Shown here: one piece after another, positions 17,736 to 27,424 of the stretch
Position numbering within the stretch: position 1 is the first letter of the stretch
Layout: each line of letters opens with the position of its first letter
Origin: Gemmatimonadota bacterium
Lineage (GTDB): Bacteria; Gemmatimonadota; Gemmatimonadetes; Gemmatimonadales; GWC2-71-9
Direction of reading: 5' to 3'
DNA length: 64,000 nucleotides
Assembly: GCA_036679645.1 (NCBI GenBank)
Contig: JAZDCY010000013.1
Location: 1-64,000, forward strand
Program-made: the position numbers and the translations under genes
Notes under the pieces: model-generated
Seen by the model: the letters and a program-made list of their open reading frames with translations, nothing else
Told to the model about the DNA's origin: nothing
Databases searched by the model: none

Positions 17736-19628
17736 GTGGCCGAGGAGGGTAGTGTCGTGGACGTCGAGGAACTAAAAACCCGGGCCCGTTCCCTCGAACT
17801 AGATGGTCAGCTTGCCGAGGCGTTTGCGGTCTACCGGCAGATCCTGAGCCATTTGGAGCAGGAGGGCAACGTTGGGACCGCACTCCCGCTCTATGTGAAG
17901 GCGGGCGACCTCGCCATCAAGACGGGCGACAATAAGGGTGGGCTTGGGCTGTATGGTCGTGCCGCCCGGCGCTACGCGGAGGCCGGGTCGGCACGCAGCG
18001 TCGTCGCCCTGTGTACGAAGATCGTGCGGGCATCACCTGCCAACACGTACGTCTACCCGCGCTTGGCCCGCCTCATGATCGAGCGGGGGCACGTCGATGC
18101 CGCTCGGGAAGTTCTCGTCGATTACGCCGCCAAGACGAAACAGGCAAAGGGCCGGGAGGCACTGGAACGCCTGGCGGGACACCCCGATGCGCGGGTCAAG
18201 GCCATCCTCGAGAAGCTGCTCGACGCCGCCGAGAAGCGGGAGCGCGCCGTGGCCGAACGGGCCAAGCGCGCAGCGGCACAGGCTGCCCCGCCCGCGCCCC
18301 ATCCGGAACAGCCGGCCGCGCCAGCTCCTGAGCCGGCAGCACCGGAACTCCAATCCGCCGCACCGTCCCAGCCCGAGCAGTCACCACCCGAAGTTGAGAC
18401 CGCGGCGCCGGGAGGGTTCCGAGAGCCCAAGCCTGCCATCGAGGAGGCGCAACCCGTCACGCGGGATACGTCCCTGGACGTCGAGCCAGAGCCGCCGGAA
18501 GAAGACATCGAGACCGAGCCCGAAGCTGTTGGCGAAGACGTGGCGCCGACGGAGCCGGCCGAGGAGCCGGAACGGGACCTCCCTGAGGCAACGGCGGAAC
18601 CGGAACCGACGCCGGCCGAACCCGAGTTCGAGGCCCCTGCCATCGAACTAGACGCCGAACCCCAGTTCGAGCCCCCTCGCCTCACACCAATGCCCGAGCC
18701 CGCCGTGTCCGACCCGGCAGACGGTGCCGCAGGCACACGCGACGAGGCCGAGCCCGCCGCTCAGGAAGTCTCGGCCGGCGGTCGGATGACGGACGAGCCG
18801 CTGATCTTCGCGGCGCAGAAATTCCCGAAACGCTCCGGCAAGATGTGGATGATCTTGGGCGCGGTGGCCGCGCTCGCCGGAGCCGGCGGCCTGCTAGCCA
18901 CCGGCATGCTTGGCGGCGGTGGTGGCGGCGGAGACACGCCCACACAGCCTGCCGCACCCCCGCGGGCGACCGTGCCCCCCCCCCCACCCACCTCAGACTC
19001 GGGCATGCCGCTGGCGCTGGGCGATTCGCTGTCGCGCGACTCCGCCGCGGCTGACTCGGTCACCGACAGCCTCGCCACCGACTCAACGGCGCTGGCGCTA
19101 CTCGGCGACTCGGTCACCTCACGAGACACTGTCACGCCGGCGGATACCAACCAGATCATCTCCGGTCGGGGCGACTCCGCGGTCGGTGGAGCTATCCTCC
19201 CCGACTCCGGCCCGTCTGTCCCGGACACCGTGGCGCGCGCAATCGTCCCCGATACCACTCCGCTAGTTCCACCGCCGGTCGTGGCGCCGAACCCACCGAG
19301 CGATACGACCCCCGACGCAATCCTCGCGGCTGTTGGAAGACCGGCGGTGATCATCGACGGCCTCCCGATCCTGAGCGTGCGAGAGATAGTATCCAACGGG
19401 CGAACCGGCGTGCAGGTGGGCCAGGCACATACCTCGGGCGAGCCCATCTCGGTCGTCACCCTCCCGCTCGGAAGGGACACCGCTGCGGTCGGTGTAATCA
19501 CACTTCCCGGTGACACGGCCGTGGGTACGACCCGCATGGGGAACTTCCTCGTGACCGTCCGTGGGCGGGTCTCGGCCGACACCCTGGCAGCCCTGCTGCG
19601 ACGACTGACGGTGGCGCGCTCGAACTAG
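17736..19628 (+). CDS. TPR-like N-terminus, Pro/Glu-rich linker, single TM, extracytoplasmic tail
   Basis: 630-aa ORF with RBS GGAGG; helical N-terminus; TM MWMILGAVAALAGAGGLL. Confidence 0.75.
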   Translation: MAEEGSVVDVEELKTRARSLELDGQLAEAFAVYRQILSHLEQEGNVGTALPLYVKAGDLAIKTGDNKGGLGLYGRAARRYAEAGSARSVVALCTKIVRASPANTYVYPRLARLMIERGHVDAAREVLVDYAAKTKQAKGREALERLAGHPDARVKAILEKLLDAAEKRERAVAERAKRAAAQAAPPAPHPEQPAAPAPEPAAPELQSAAPSQPEQSPPEVETAAPGGFREPKPAIEEAQPVTRDTSLDVEPEPPEEDIETEPEAVGEDVAPTEPAEEPERDLPEATAEPEPTPAEPEFEAPAIELDAEPQFEPPRLTPMPEPAVSDPADGAAGTRDEAEPAAQEVSAGGRMTDEPLIFAAQKFPKRSGKMWMILGAVAALAGAGGLLATGMLGGGGGGGDTPTQPAAPPRATVPPPPPTSDSGMPLALGDSLSRDSAAADSVTDSLATDSTALALLGDSVTSRDTVTPADTNQIISGRGDSAVGGAILPDSGPSVPDTVARAIVPDTTPLVPPPVVAPNPPSDTTPDAILAAVGRPAVIIDGLPILSVREIVSNGRTGVQVGQAHTSGEPISVVTLPLGRDTAAVGVITLPGDTAVGTTRMGNFLVTVRGRVSADTLAALLRRLTVARSN

Positions 19629-19692
19629 CGGTGTCCTCCACGATCGCTGCCGCAGCGAGTCTGGCGCACACCGCGGGCCGGACACACACCAA

Positions 19693-20742
19693 TCATCGAA
19701 CCGCTGGCACGAACGTGTCGGTGACATAACGGATGATCTGGGCCAGTTCTTCTTCCGTACCGGTTAGTCCATTGCTCACCATCCGTTCCACCAACTGCAT
19801 TGCCGCATCGGCGGTGGGAGGCGGCCGTTGAGCAACACGAAACGGCTCGTGGCACTGGGAACACTTCGCCTCGAAGAGCTGTCGCGCACGCTGTGCATCG
19901 TAGGTGAACGGCATATCCTCTGCGGCGATGACCGCCTCCCGTGCCGCCTGCGACCGCTGTTCGAGCGCGCGCTGTAGCTCGACGGTCCGTTGGAGGGTCG
20001 GGGAGATCGCTATCAGGTAGGCAGTGACGTCCCACTGATCGGTCTCGGTAATGGGATTGAGCACTGTGGACCGCTGTGCCATCCGGCGCACGGTTTCCCG
20101 CCACTGATCTGGCGTGCGGGGCCGGGCGAGCACCGTGCGCAGATCGTGGCATTGCGAGCACTTCGAGGTGAGCACGTCCCGACCCGCCATCAGCGCCTCT
20201 GGCGACGCGAGACGACCGATCTCTACGGTATCCTCCAGCCCCGCGACCGGAAGCAACCTGCGCACCCGCTCGATCCGGTCGGCGGAGAACACGTCGCCGC
20301 TGAGCGCCCGTCGCCGGAGAAGCGTCTCACGCAACGAGAACGGCAGCGCCAGCCCAATCAACAGCACGGAACTCACGAACAGCATCACGCCAAGCGCCGG
20401 CGCGAGGACACCCTCGAGATGCTTGAAGAAGCGGACGACGAGCACCTTCACGAAGAGGATGGCGCCAATTGCCATCCCGAGTATCAGGTGGGCCACGGTG
20501 CGCGCCGGTAGCTCGATCTGGTAGCGCCACATGCGCGGCACCATCTGCCACATGAGCACCAGGTAGATGGCAAGAAAAGCGTACCCCAGCCACCGATGGA
20601 GCCGCATCAGTCCGCGCGGCGCATTGCTGCGGAGGCCCTCCTTGTCGAATGGGAAACCCCAGAGGTAGAACATCAGGACGGTGCTGGCAGCAGCGACGAA
20701 GACGAAAGCGAGCCCAAAAAGCTGGTTGATGACAGGTCCCAT
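19693..20742 (-). CDS. Membrane protein (4 TM, His-bearing) fused to diheme cytochrome c
   Basis: LHRWLG and AHLILG helices; two CSQCH motifs, each followed by a RM. Confidence 0.8.
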   Translation of the reverse strand: MGPVINQLFGLAFVFVAAASTVLMFYLWGFPFDKEGLRSNAPRGLMRLHRWLGYAFLAIYLVLMWQMVPRMWRYQIELPARTVAHLILGMAIGAILFVKVLVVRFFKHLEGVLAPALGVMLFVSSVLLIGLALPFSLRETLLRRRALSGDVFSADRIERVRRLLPVAGLEDTVEIGRLASPEALMAGRDVLTSKCSQCHDLRTVLARPRTPDQWRETVRRMAQRSTVLNPITETDQWDVTAYLIAISPTLQRTVELQRALEQRSQAAREAVIAAEDMPFTYDAQRARQLFEAKCSQCHEPFRVAQRPPPTADAAMQLVERMVSNGLTGTEEELAQIIRYVTDTFVPAVR

Positions 20743-20959
20743 ACAATCAAGCTAACGCCCCAACGGCGCATCGAGTTGCGGGCGCGGCGAATTGGCCGGC
20801 CGCGCCCTGAGCCCCGATCCGGCGACGTGACGTGATCGTTACAGAAACCGTACGCTCCAGTTGCGTCCGCGCGGTTTTCTTAGCAGGCTATTGGAGCATT
20901 GAGCCGCCGCGTTTTGGCACGCAACCGAAGCGATCAAGACTACGGGGGACTGTCTATTC

Positions 20960-21826
20960 ATGAAGCGCACCGCAATTCGCCTCGCCGTACTGGCGGCACT
21001 GGCGTGCTCGGGTGCCGGCGCATCCCGCACCGTCATTCAGAACAAGGGCTCCGACACGCTGGTGAACGTGGCGCAGGCGTGGGCCGAGCGCTATGGGGAG
21101 GTCCGTCCGGACGTGGCCGTGGCCGTCACGGGTGGCGGATCAGGCACCGGAATATCCGCCATGATCAACGGGACCGTGGACCTGGCCAACGCGAGCCGCA
21201 AGATGAAGGAGAGGGAGCTCGAAGCGGCGCACGCGCGGGGGATCGACCCCATAGAGTTCGTCGTCGGCAATGACGCGCTCGCCGTCTACGTACATGCCGA
21301 CAATCCCGTGCCCCAGCTGTCGCTGCGACAGCTCGCCGCCATCTACGGTGAGGGCGGTTCGGTCGACAATTGGAGCCAGCTCGGCATCACCATCCCGGGG
21401 TGCTCGAACGGCGAGATCGTCCGCGTGAGCCGGCAGAACAACTCGGGTACGTACGTCTACTTCAAGGAAGCGGTGATAGGGAGCGCCGGCGAGTACAAGC
21501 TGGGATCGCTGGACATGCACGGCTCCAAGGACGTCGTCGATCTCGTCGAGCACACGCCCTGCGCCATCGGGTACAGTGGCCTGGCGTATGCCACCGAGCA
21601 CGTGAAGCTGGTCTGCATCGCGTCGGACGATCGGGACTGCGTGTCCCCCTCCGTGGAGACGGCCATAGATCGGACGTATCCGATTGCTCGCCCCCTCTTC
21701 ATGTATTCTGCCGGCCAGCCCGAGGGAGCGGTCAAGGAGTACCTGGACTGGATTCTGAGTGACGAGGGCCAGTGTATCATACAAGACAAGGGGTACGCAC
21801 CGGTACGGGAGGTGAGTTGCGCGTAG
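20960..21826 (+). CDS. pstS: Phosphate ABC substrate-binding protein
   Basis: KGSDT, GGGSGTG, ANASR, SRQNNSGT, YPIARPL. Confidence 0.95.
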   Translation: MKRTAIRLAVLAALACSGAGASRTVIQNKGSDTLVNVAQAWAERYGEVRPDVAVAVTGGGSGTGISAMINGTVDLANASRKMKERELEAAHARGIDPIEFVVGNDALAVYVHADNPVPQLSLRQLAAIYGEGGSVDNWSQLGITIPGCSNGEIVRVSRQNNSGTYVYFKEAVIGSAGEYKLGSLDMHGSKDVVDLVEHTPCAIGYSGLAYATEHVKLVCIASDDRDCVSPSVETAIDRTYPIARPLFMYSAGQPEGAVKEYLDWILSDEGQCIIQDKGYAPVREVSCA

Positions 21827-21890
21827 CGCGTGAGTTGTAATACCCATTGCGAGAGACGCCTTTTTTTCCTTCCATATGGAGTAGGCAGCG

Positions 21891-22979
21891 GTGTCCCACT
21901 ACGAAGAACGGCTGCAGCAGGATATCGACCGCATCCGGACCCGCCTCGACGACATCTATCAACGCGTGACGCGGGCCGTCAGCGACGCCGTCGACGCAGT
22001 CGCTAACGACGACAAACGGCTCGCCAATCTGACGGTCCTGGGCGACCGCCCCATCAATCGTGGCATTCGACGCATCGAGCGATTGGTGCACGAGTTTGTC
22101 GTCCGACACATCCCGAGCGCAAAGCATCTGCGCTGGGTCTCGTCGGTGCTCCGCGTGAACGTGGCCCTCGAACGCGTCGGCGACTACGCGGTCGACATCT
22201 GTCGCGAGCAGGCCAAGCTGCGGAAAAAAGGCCCACCGACCGTGCTCCGTGACATCGCGACGCTCGGCCGGCAGGCAGAACGTGTGCTGACGCAGAGTAT
22301 CCAGGCATTCGCCGAGGAGAGCACGGACCTCGCACGCAGCACGATCATGCTGGCGGAAGGCGTGGAGGACCACTTCACGGTGGCCTTCGACGACCTGACC
22401 GCCGAGGCGGACAGGGATCATTATCCCAAGAAGGACCTCTTCGCGATGCTGACCGTCTTGCGAAGCCTGAAACGGGTCTCGGATCAGGCCGTCAACATCT
22501 GTGAGCGCACCCTCTTCACGGTCGAAGGAGAAGCAAAGGGCAAGAAGTCGTTCCGCATCCTGTTCGTCGATGAGCGGAACGACGGTCTCAGTCAGATCGC
22601 CGAGGCGTATGCGGAGAAGGTTTTCCGGGAGAGCGGCGAATTCACGAGCGCGGGATGGAATCCGGCCGACGAGGTCGCGCGTGAGATCCTCGACTTCATG
22701 GATCGACACGGGCTGGACATCACTGGGCGGAGACCCAAGAGCATCTCGTATCTCGACGATCACCAGCGGCACTACCATGTGATCATCGGCCTCAACGCCG
22801 ATCCGCGCCCCCACATGGAGCGTGTCCCGTTCCGCACGGCGCTGCTCGAGTGGGAGATTGGGCAACCGCCATCACCGGACGCGGATGACAGCGAGACCCG
22901 TCTGGAAGACGCCTATCGCCGCATCGCGGAGGCGCTCCGCGAACTGATGGAGGTGCTCGAAGGGTCAGAGGAGGACTGA
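21891..22979 (+). CDS. phoU: PhoU fused to an LMW-PTP/ArsC-like domain
   Basis: Two PhoU repeats (LERVGDYAVDI, LKRVSDQAVNICE), then ILFVDERNDGLSQIAEA...SAG. Confidence 0.88.
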   Translation: MSHYEERLQQDIDRIRTRLDDIYQRVTRAVSDAVDAVANDDKRLANLTVLGDRPINRGIRRIERLVHEFVVRHIPSAKHLRWVSSVLRVNVALERVGDYAVDICREQAKLRKKGPPTVLRDIATLGRQAERVLTQSIQAFAEESTDLARSTIMLAEGVEDHFTVAFDDLTAEADRDHYPKKDLFAMLTVLRSLKRVSDQAVNICERTLFTVEGEAKGKKSFRILFVDERNDGLSQIAEAYAEKVFRESGEFTSAGWNPADEVAREILDFMDRHGLDITGRRPKSISYLDDHQRHYHVIIGLNADPRPHMERVPFRTALLEWEIGQPPSPDADDSETRLEDAYRRIAEALRELMEVLEGSEED

Positions 22980-23909
22980 GTGTCGCCTCCGCAACCGGTG
23001 GCAAGCACGGCGGCAGCGGTCGACCGGCGCAACCTGGATTGGTACATCGACAAGGCGATGGCCACCCTGGTGTTCGTAGGCGGCATCTCCGCGATTCTCC
23101 TCATCATCGGCATCTTCGTGTTCATCACCCGCGAGGGGGTTGGGTTCCTCACCAGCGGGTTCGATGCGGGAGAGTTTTTCGGGTCGCCGGCATGGCGCCC
23201 AACCTCGGAAAACAACCCGACGTACGGTGCTCTAGCGTTGATTCTGGGAACCGCGAGCGTGACCGGACTGGCGATGGTCGTCTCCGTCCCTTTTTCGCTC
23301 GGCGCCGCGATCTTCATTGCCGAGTTTGCCAAGGGCCGGCTGCGAGAAGTGCTGAAGGTGCTCGTTGAACTGTTGGCGGCAATTCCGTCCGTCGTATGGG
23401 GGTTCATCGGTCTAACGATCATGAACCCGCTGATCATCCAAGTATTCCATGTTCCGGTCGGTCTCAACGTGCTGAACTCGGGCATCATTCTCGGGCTCAT
23501 GGCGGCACCGATCATGACGACGATCGCCGAGGACGCACTGAAGGCCGTGCCGGACAGCTATCGGGAGGCCGCTGAAGCATTGGGCGCGACCAAGTGGCAG
23601 GTCACCCGGCGCGTCGTCCTTCCGGCGGGACGGAACGGCCTGGTCGCGGCAATCCTGCTTGGGGTCGGCCGCGGTTTCGGCGAAACGATGGCCGTCCTCA
23701 TGGCATCGGGCCACTCGATCAACATCCCGACGAGTCCTTTCGACTCGGTGCGCGCGCTCACGGCGACCATCGCCGCCGAACTCGGTGAGACGGCCGTGGG
23801 GTCGGAACACTACCAGGCCCTGTTCACCTTGGGGATCCTGCTCTTCTCGGTGACCTTCGTCATCAATCTCACAGCGGACCTCATTATCCGCGGCGTGCGG
23901 AAGCGCTGA
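22980..23909 (+). CDS. pstC: Phosphate ABC permease
   Basis: ELLAAIPSVVWG, EAAEALGAT, GETMAV. Confidence 0.95.
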   Translation: MSPPQPVASTAAAVDRRNLDWYIDKAMATLVFVGGISAILLIIGIFVFITREGVGFLTSGFDAGEFFGSPAWRPTSENNPTYGALALILGTASVTGLAMVVSVPFSLGAAIFIAEFAKGRLREVLKVLVELLAAIPSVVWGFIGLTIMNPLIIQVFHVPVGLNVLNSGIILGLMAAPIMTTIAEDALKAVPDSYREAAEALGATKWQVTRRVVLPAGRNGLVAAILLGVGRGFGETMAVLMASGHSINIPTSPFDSVRALTATIAAELGETAVGSEHYQALFTLGILLFSVTFVINLTADLIIRGVRKR

Positions 23910-24778
23910 TGTTTGCCGCGACGCCACTGAACGTGCGGAACGCGCGCAATCAGCGCCTGATCAGGACCGTGTTTCTGATCATGACTGCTATCCTGGCCCT
24001 GCCCGTGGTCCTGATCCTCGGTGTCCTGATAGTCCGTGGTGGGCCGGTGCTGTCCATCGACTTCCTCTTCACGGCCCCGAAGAACGGCATGACGGCCGGC
24101 GGCATCTTCCCCGCCCTGATCGGAACGATTTGGCTCGTGGTCGTAGCGCTGCTCGCGTCCGTGCCGGTCGGTGTGGCCGCAGCGATCTACCTGAGCGAGT
24201 ACGCCCCCGACAACTGGCTAACACGTGTCATCAACCTCGCCATCATCAACCTCGCGGGCGTGCCGTCGATCGTCCACGCGCTCTTCGGGGTCGGTGCGTT
24301 CGTGCTCTTCTTCCGGTTCGGCACGAGCATTCTCGCCGCGAGCCTGACGCTGGCGGTCATGACGCTTCCAGTCGTGATCGTAGCAACGCGGGAATCGCTG
24401 CAAGCGGTGCCGCGTGCGTTTCGAGAGGCGTGTTGGGTCCTGGGGGCGACACGCTGGCAGACGATCCGCCGAGTGGTGCTGCCCAACGCCATTAGCGGCA
24501 TCCTGACGGGCGTGATCCTGGAAGTGTCGCGCACCGCCGGGGAGACGGCGCCAATCATGTTCACGGGCGCGGCGTTCTTCCTCCCGTTTCTGCCACAGAG
24601 CGTCCTCGATCAGACCATGGCCATGTCGCTGCACCTGTTCGTTATCTCCACCCAGGTGCCGGGCGTTCCGGACGCGGTGCCCTATGCCGTTGCGCTCGTC
24701 CTGATCGGCCTCGTGTTGGCCATGAACGCCGGGTCAATCGCTCTGAGGATGTACTTGCGGGGACGCAAGAAGTGGTAG
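23909..24778 (+). CDS. pstA: Phosphate ABC permease
   Basis: LAGVPSIV, RTAGETAP. Confidence 0.95.
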   Translation: MFAATPLNVRNARNQRLIRTVFLIMTAILALPVVLILGVLIVRGGPVLSIDFLFTAPKNGMTAGGIFPALIGTIWLVVVALLASVPVGVAAAIYLSEYAPDNWLTRVINLAIINLAGVPSIVHALFGVGAFVLFFRFGTSILAASLTLAVMTLPVVIVATRESLQAVPRAFREACWVLGATRWQTIRRVVLPNAISGILTGVILEVSRTAGETAPIMFTGAAFFLPFLPQSVLDQTMAMSLHLFVISTQVPGVPDAVPYAVALVLIGLVLAMNAGSIALRMYLRGRKKW

Positions 24779-25554
24779 CGCCCGAGCCGGTCTCGGACCC
24801 CACGGTGAAGTTGGACGTACGGAATCTCACAATTCGCCACGGCCATAAGACAGTGCTGCGCAACGCGACGTTCCAGATCCGCGAGCACGAGATCTTCGGA
24901 ATCATCGGGCCGGCCGGAAGCGGGAAGACGTCGTTCCTCCGCGCAATCAACCGGATGGACGCGTTCACGCCCGGCATGTCAGTCGAAGGCGAGATCGTCT
25001 TCGAGGGACGCGATGTGAAACACTGGCGCAACCTGTTCGCGCTGCGGCGGCGGATTGGCGTCGTGTTCCCGCTACCGGTGGGATTGCCACTCTCGATCTA
25101 CGACAACGTGGCCCTGGCGCCCCGGCTCGCCGGTACGAAGCAGCGCGCGCAGTTGGACGAGATCGTCGAACGCTGCCTCACGCGGGCGGCGCTCTGGGAT
25201 GAGGTCAAGGACCGGCTGGAAGGTCTCGGAAGCCTACTTTCCGGCGGACAGCAGCAGCGCTTGACCATCGCCCGTGCCTTGTCCCAGGATCCGCAGCTCC
25301 TGCTTCTCGACGAGTTCTCGGTCGCGGTGGACCCGGTTACGACGATGCGTATCGAGGAAGTGCTGAAGGAACTCCGCAACGAGATCACGATCGTGCTGGT
25401 CACGAACCTGGTCCAGCAGGCACGACGGCTCGCCGACCGTACCGCGTTCTTCCTCACGGGGGACGTAGTGGAGGTAGGCGAGACCGAGACTTTGTTCACT
25501 GGCGAGGTACAGGATCAGCGCACGCGCGACTACGTGGACGGTCGCTTTGGGTGA
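24772..25554 (+). CDS. pstB: Phosphate ABC ATPase 1
   Basis: GPAGSGKT, LSGGQQQR, LLLLDE, YVDGRFG. Confidence 0.92.
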   Translation: MVAPEPVSDPTVKLDVRNLTIRHGHKTVLRNATFQIREHEIFGIIGPAGSGKTSFLRAINRMDAFTPGMSVEGEIVFEGRDVKHWRNLFALRRRIGVVFPLPVGLPLSIYDNVALAPRLAGTKQRAQLDEIVERCLTRAALWDEVKDRLEGLGSLLSGGQQQRLTIARALSQDPQLLLLDEFSVAVDPVTTMRIEEVLKELRNEITIVLVTNLVQQARRLADRTAFFLTGDVVEVGETETLFTGEVQDQRTRDYVDGRFG

Positions 25555-26320
25555 CGCGACGGCAATCGAGACCCGGGAGCTGAACCTCTGGTACGGCACC
25601 TTTCAGGCGCTTCTCGATGTCGATCTCCAGATCAAGCGGGGGATCATTACCTCGATGATTGGGCCGTCCGGGTGCGGCAAATCGACGCTCCTGCGGACGA
25701 TCAACCGCATCAACGACCGGCTCGGTTATGTCAGGATGACGGGAACCGTCGACGTGCTTGGCTACGACATTCTCGACGCCAGCGTGGAACTCGTGCAACT
25801 CCGGAAACAGGTTGGCATGGTCTTCCAGCGACCGAATCCGTTGCCCCTATCCGTTCGCGACAACGTTGCGTTCGGGTACCGTCTGCACGAGGGAGGCGGG
25901 CGTAAGATTCCCGCCGCCGAGATCGACGAGATCGTGGAGAAGGCGCTACGCGACGTACTCCTGTGGGATGAGGTGAAAGACCGCCTCCACCACTCGGCGA
26001 CTCGGCTCCCGCTCGAGGCGCAGCAGAAGCTCTGCATTGCGCGGCTGCTGCCAGTGAAACCGGCAGTGTTGTTGATGGACGAGCCGTGCTCCACGCTCGA
26101 CCCAGCGGGAACACAAGCGGTCGAGGAGTTGATCTGGGGACTGCGCGGCGACTATACGATCGTCCTCGTCACCCACAACATGGCGCAGGCACGGCGTGCT
26201 AGCGACGAGTGCGTCTTCATGCTACTCGGAAAGGTGATCGAGCACCGCGAGACCGCCGACCTGTTCCTCACACCGACACAGAGCGAGACCGCCGATTACA
26301 TCGAAGGCAGGTACGGGTAA
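25547..26320 (+). CDS. pstB: Phosphate ABC ATPase 2
   Basis: GPSGCGKS, VFQRPNP, MDEPCS, VTHN, YIEGRYG. Confidence 0.92.
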   Translation: MGDATAIETRELNLWYGTFQALLDVDLQIKRGIITSMIGPSGCGKSTLLRTINRINDRLGYVRMTGTVDVLGYDILDASVELVQLRKQVGMVFQRPNPLPLSVRDNVAFGYRLHEGGGRKIPAAEIDEIVEKALRDVLLWDEVKDRLHHSATRLPLEAQQKLCIARLLPVKPAVLLMDEPCSTLDPAGTQAVEELIWGLRGDYTIVLVTHNMAQARRASDECVFMLLGKVIEHRETADLFLTPTQSETADYIEGRYG

Positions 26321-26350
26321 CGTCTTCGTCTCCAGCAGGAACGTGACATC

Positions 26351-27424
26351 ATGAATCTTTTCCTCGCGTCCGTCGCAACGGTCCTCGGGGTCTCCGCCGT
26401 CTGCTCGCTCACCGAGGCGGCTCTCTATGCCGTGCAGGCACCGTACGTTCGCCGGCTCGCCGAATCGGGGCGCCGGGCAGGGCACATCCTCACAAAGTTC
26501 AAGAACAACATGGAGCAGCCGATCACGGCCATCCTCATTCTCAACACCGCGGCCAACACCGCAGGGGCCGCGATCGCCGGTGCCCAAGCGCGGTCGCTGT
26601 TCGGCGAGCCGGCCTTGTACTGGTTCCCGGCAATCTTCACGGTGGTGGTGCTGTTCTTTTCCGAGATCCTGCCCAAAGTCGCCGGCGTTGCGTACAACCG
26701 TAGAATCGCCCTCAACATCGCGGTGCCACTGAACGGCACCATTACGGCGCTCTACCCGTTGGTGTGGCTGAGTCAGCGCTTCTCGCGCTGGATCTACCCC
26801 AGCGGCGGCACGCCGGTCGCGCCAGAGGAAGAGGTCGGACACATGGCAGAACTCTCCGCCGAGGAGGGAAGCATTCTCCCCCTGGAAGCGGAACTCGTCC
26901 AGAACGTGCTACGATTGAACGACGTGACCGCGCACGATATCATGACGCCGCGCACGGTGGTGTTCAGAGTCCCGTCAGATACGACCATGCGAGACCTTGC
27001 CGGCCAAGCGGGAGCCCTGCCATATGCCCGCATCCCGGTGTACGACGCGAACGATCCCGAGAATTGGATCGGCGTCGTGTTGCGACGCAACATACTGGCC
27101 CGACTGGCAAAGGACGAGTTCGATCTATCGGTTCGCGTAATCAGCAAGGGGATACACTTCGTGCCGGAGTCGCTGCCAGGACATCGCCTGCTCAACGCCT
27201 TCCTGACACGGCGCGAGCATCTGTTCGCCGTCGTGGACGAATACGGAGCTGTAGCCGGCGTCGTGACGCTGGAGGACGTGCTCGAGGCGCTGATCGGGAA
27301 GGAGATCGTGGACGAGACTGATGCCATCGTCGACATGCAGGAAGCCGCACGCGCGCAACGGGCCGAGCGCCTGCGCCAGGACGACACCGCGTCCGACACC
27401 ACGGCCGAGCCGGGTGACGAATGA
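26351..27424 (+). CDS. CNNM/DUF21-CBS protein (CorB/TlyC family)
   Basis: CSLTEAA, SEILPK, IMTPR, VVDEYG, TLEDVLE. Confidence 0.92.
   Translation: MNLFLASVATVLGVSAVCSLTEAALYAVQAPYVRRLAESGRRAGHILTKFKNNMEQPITAILILNTAANTAGAAIAGAQARSLFGEPALYWFPAIFTVVVLFFSEILPKVAGVAYNRRIALNIAVPLNGTITALYPLVWLSQRFSRWIYPSGGTPVAPEEEVGHMAELSAEEGSILPLEAELVQNVLRLNDVTAHDIMTPRTVVFRVPSDTTMRDLAGQAGALPYARIPVYDANDPENWIGVVLRRNILARLAKDEFDLSVRVISKGIHFVPESLPGHRLLNAFLTRREHLFAVVDEYGAVAGVVTLEDVLEALIGKEIVDETDAIVDMQEAARAQRAERLRQDDTASDTTAEPGDE

Noticed and set aside
20825..20925. Pho box (GTTACAGAAACCGTAC) and sigma54 site (TGGCACG) before pstS
   Set aside because: The second Pho half-site is weak and there is no GC at -12
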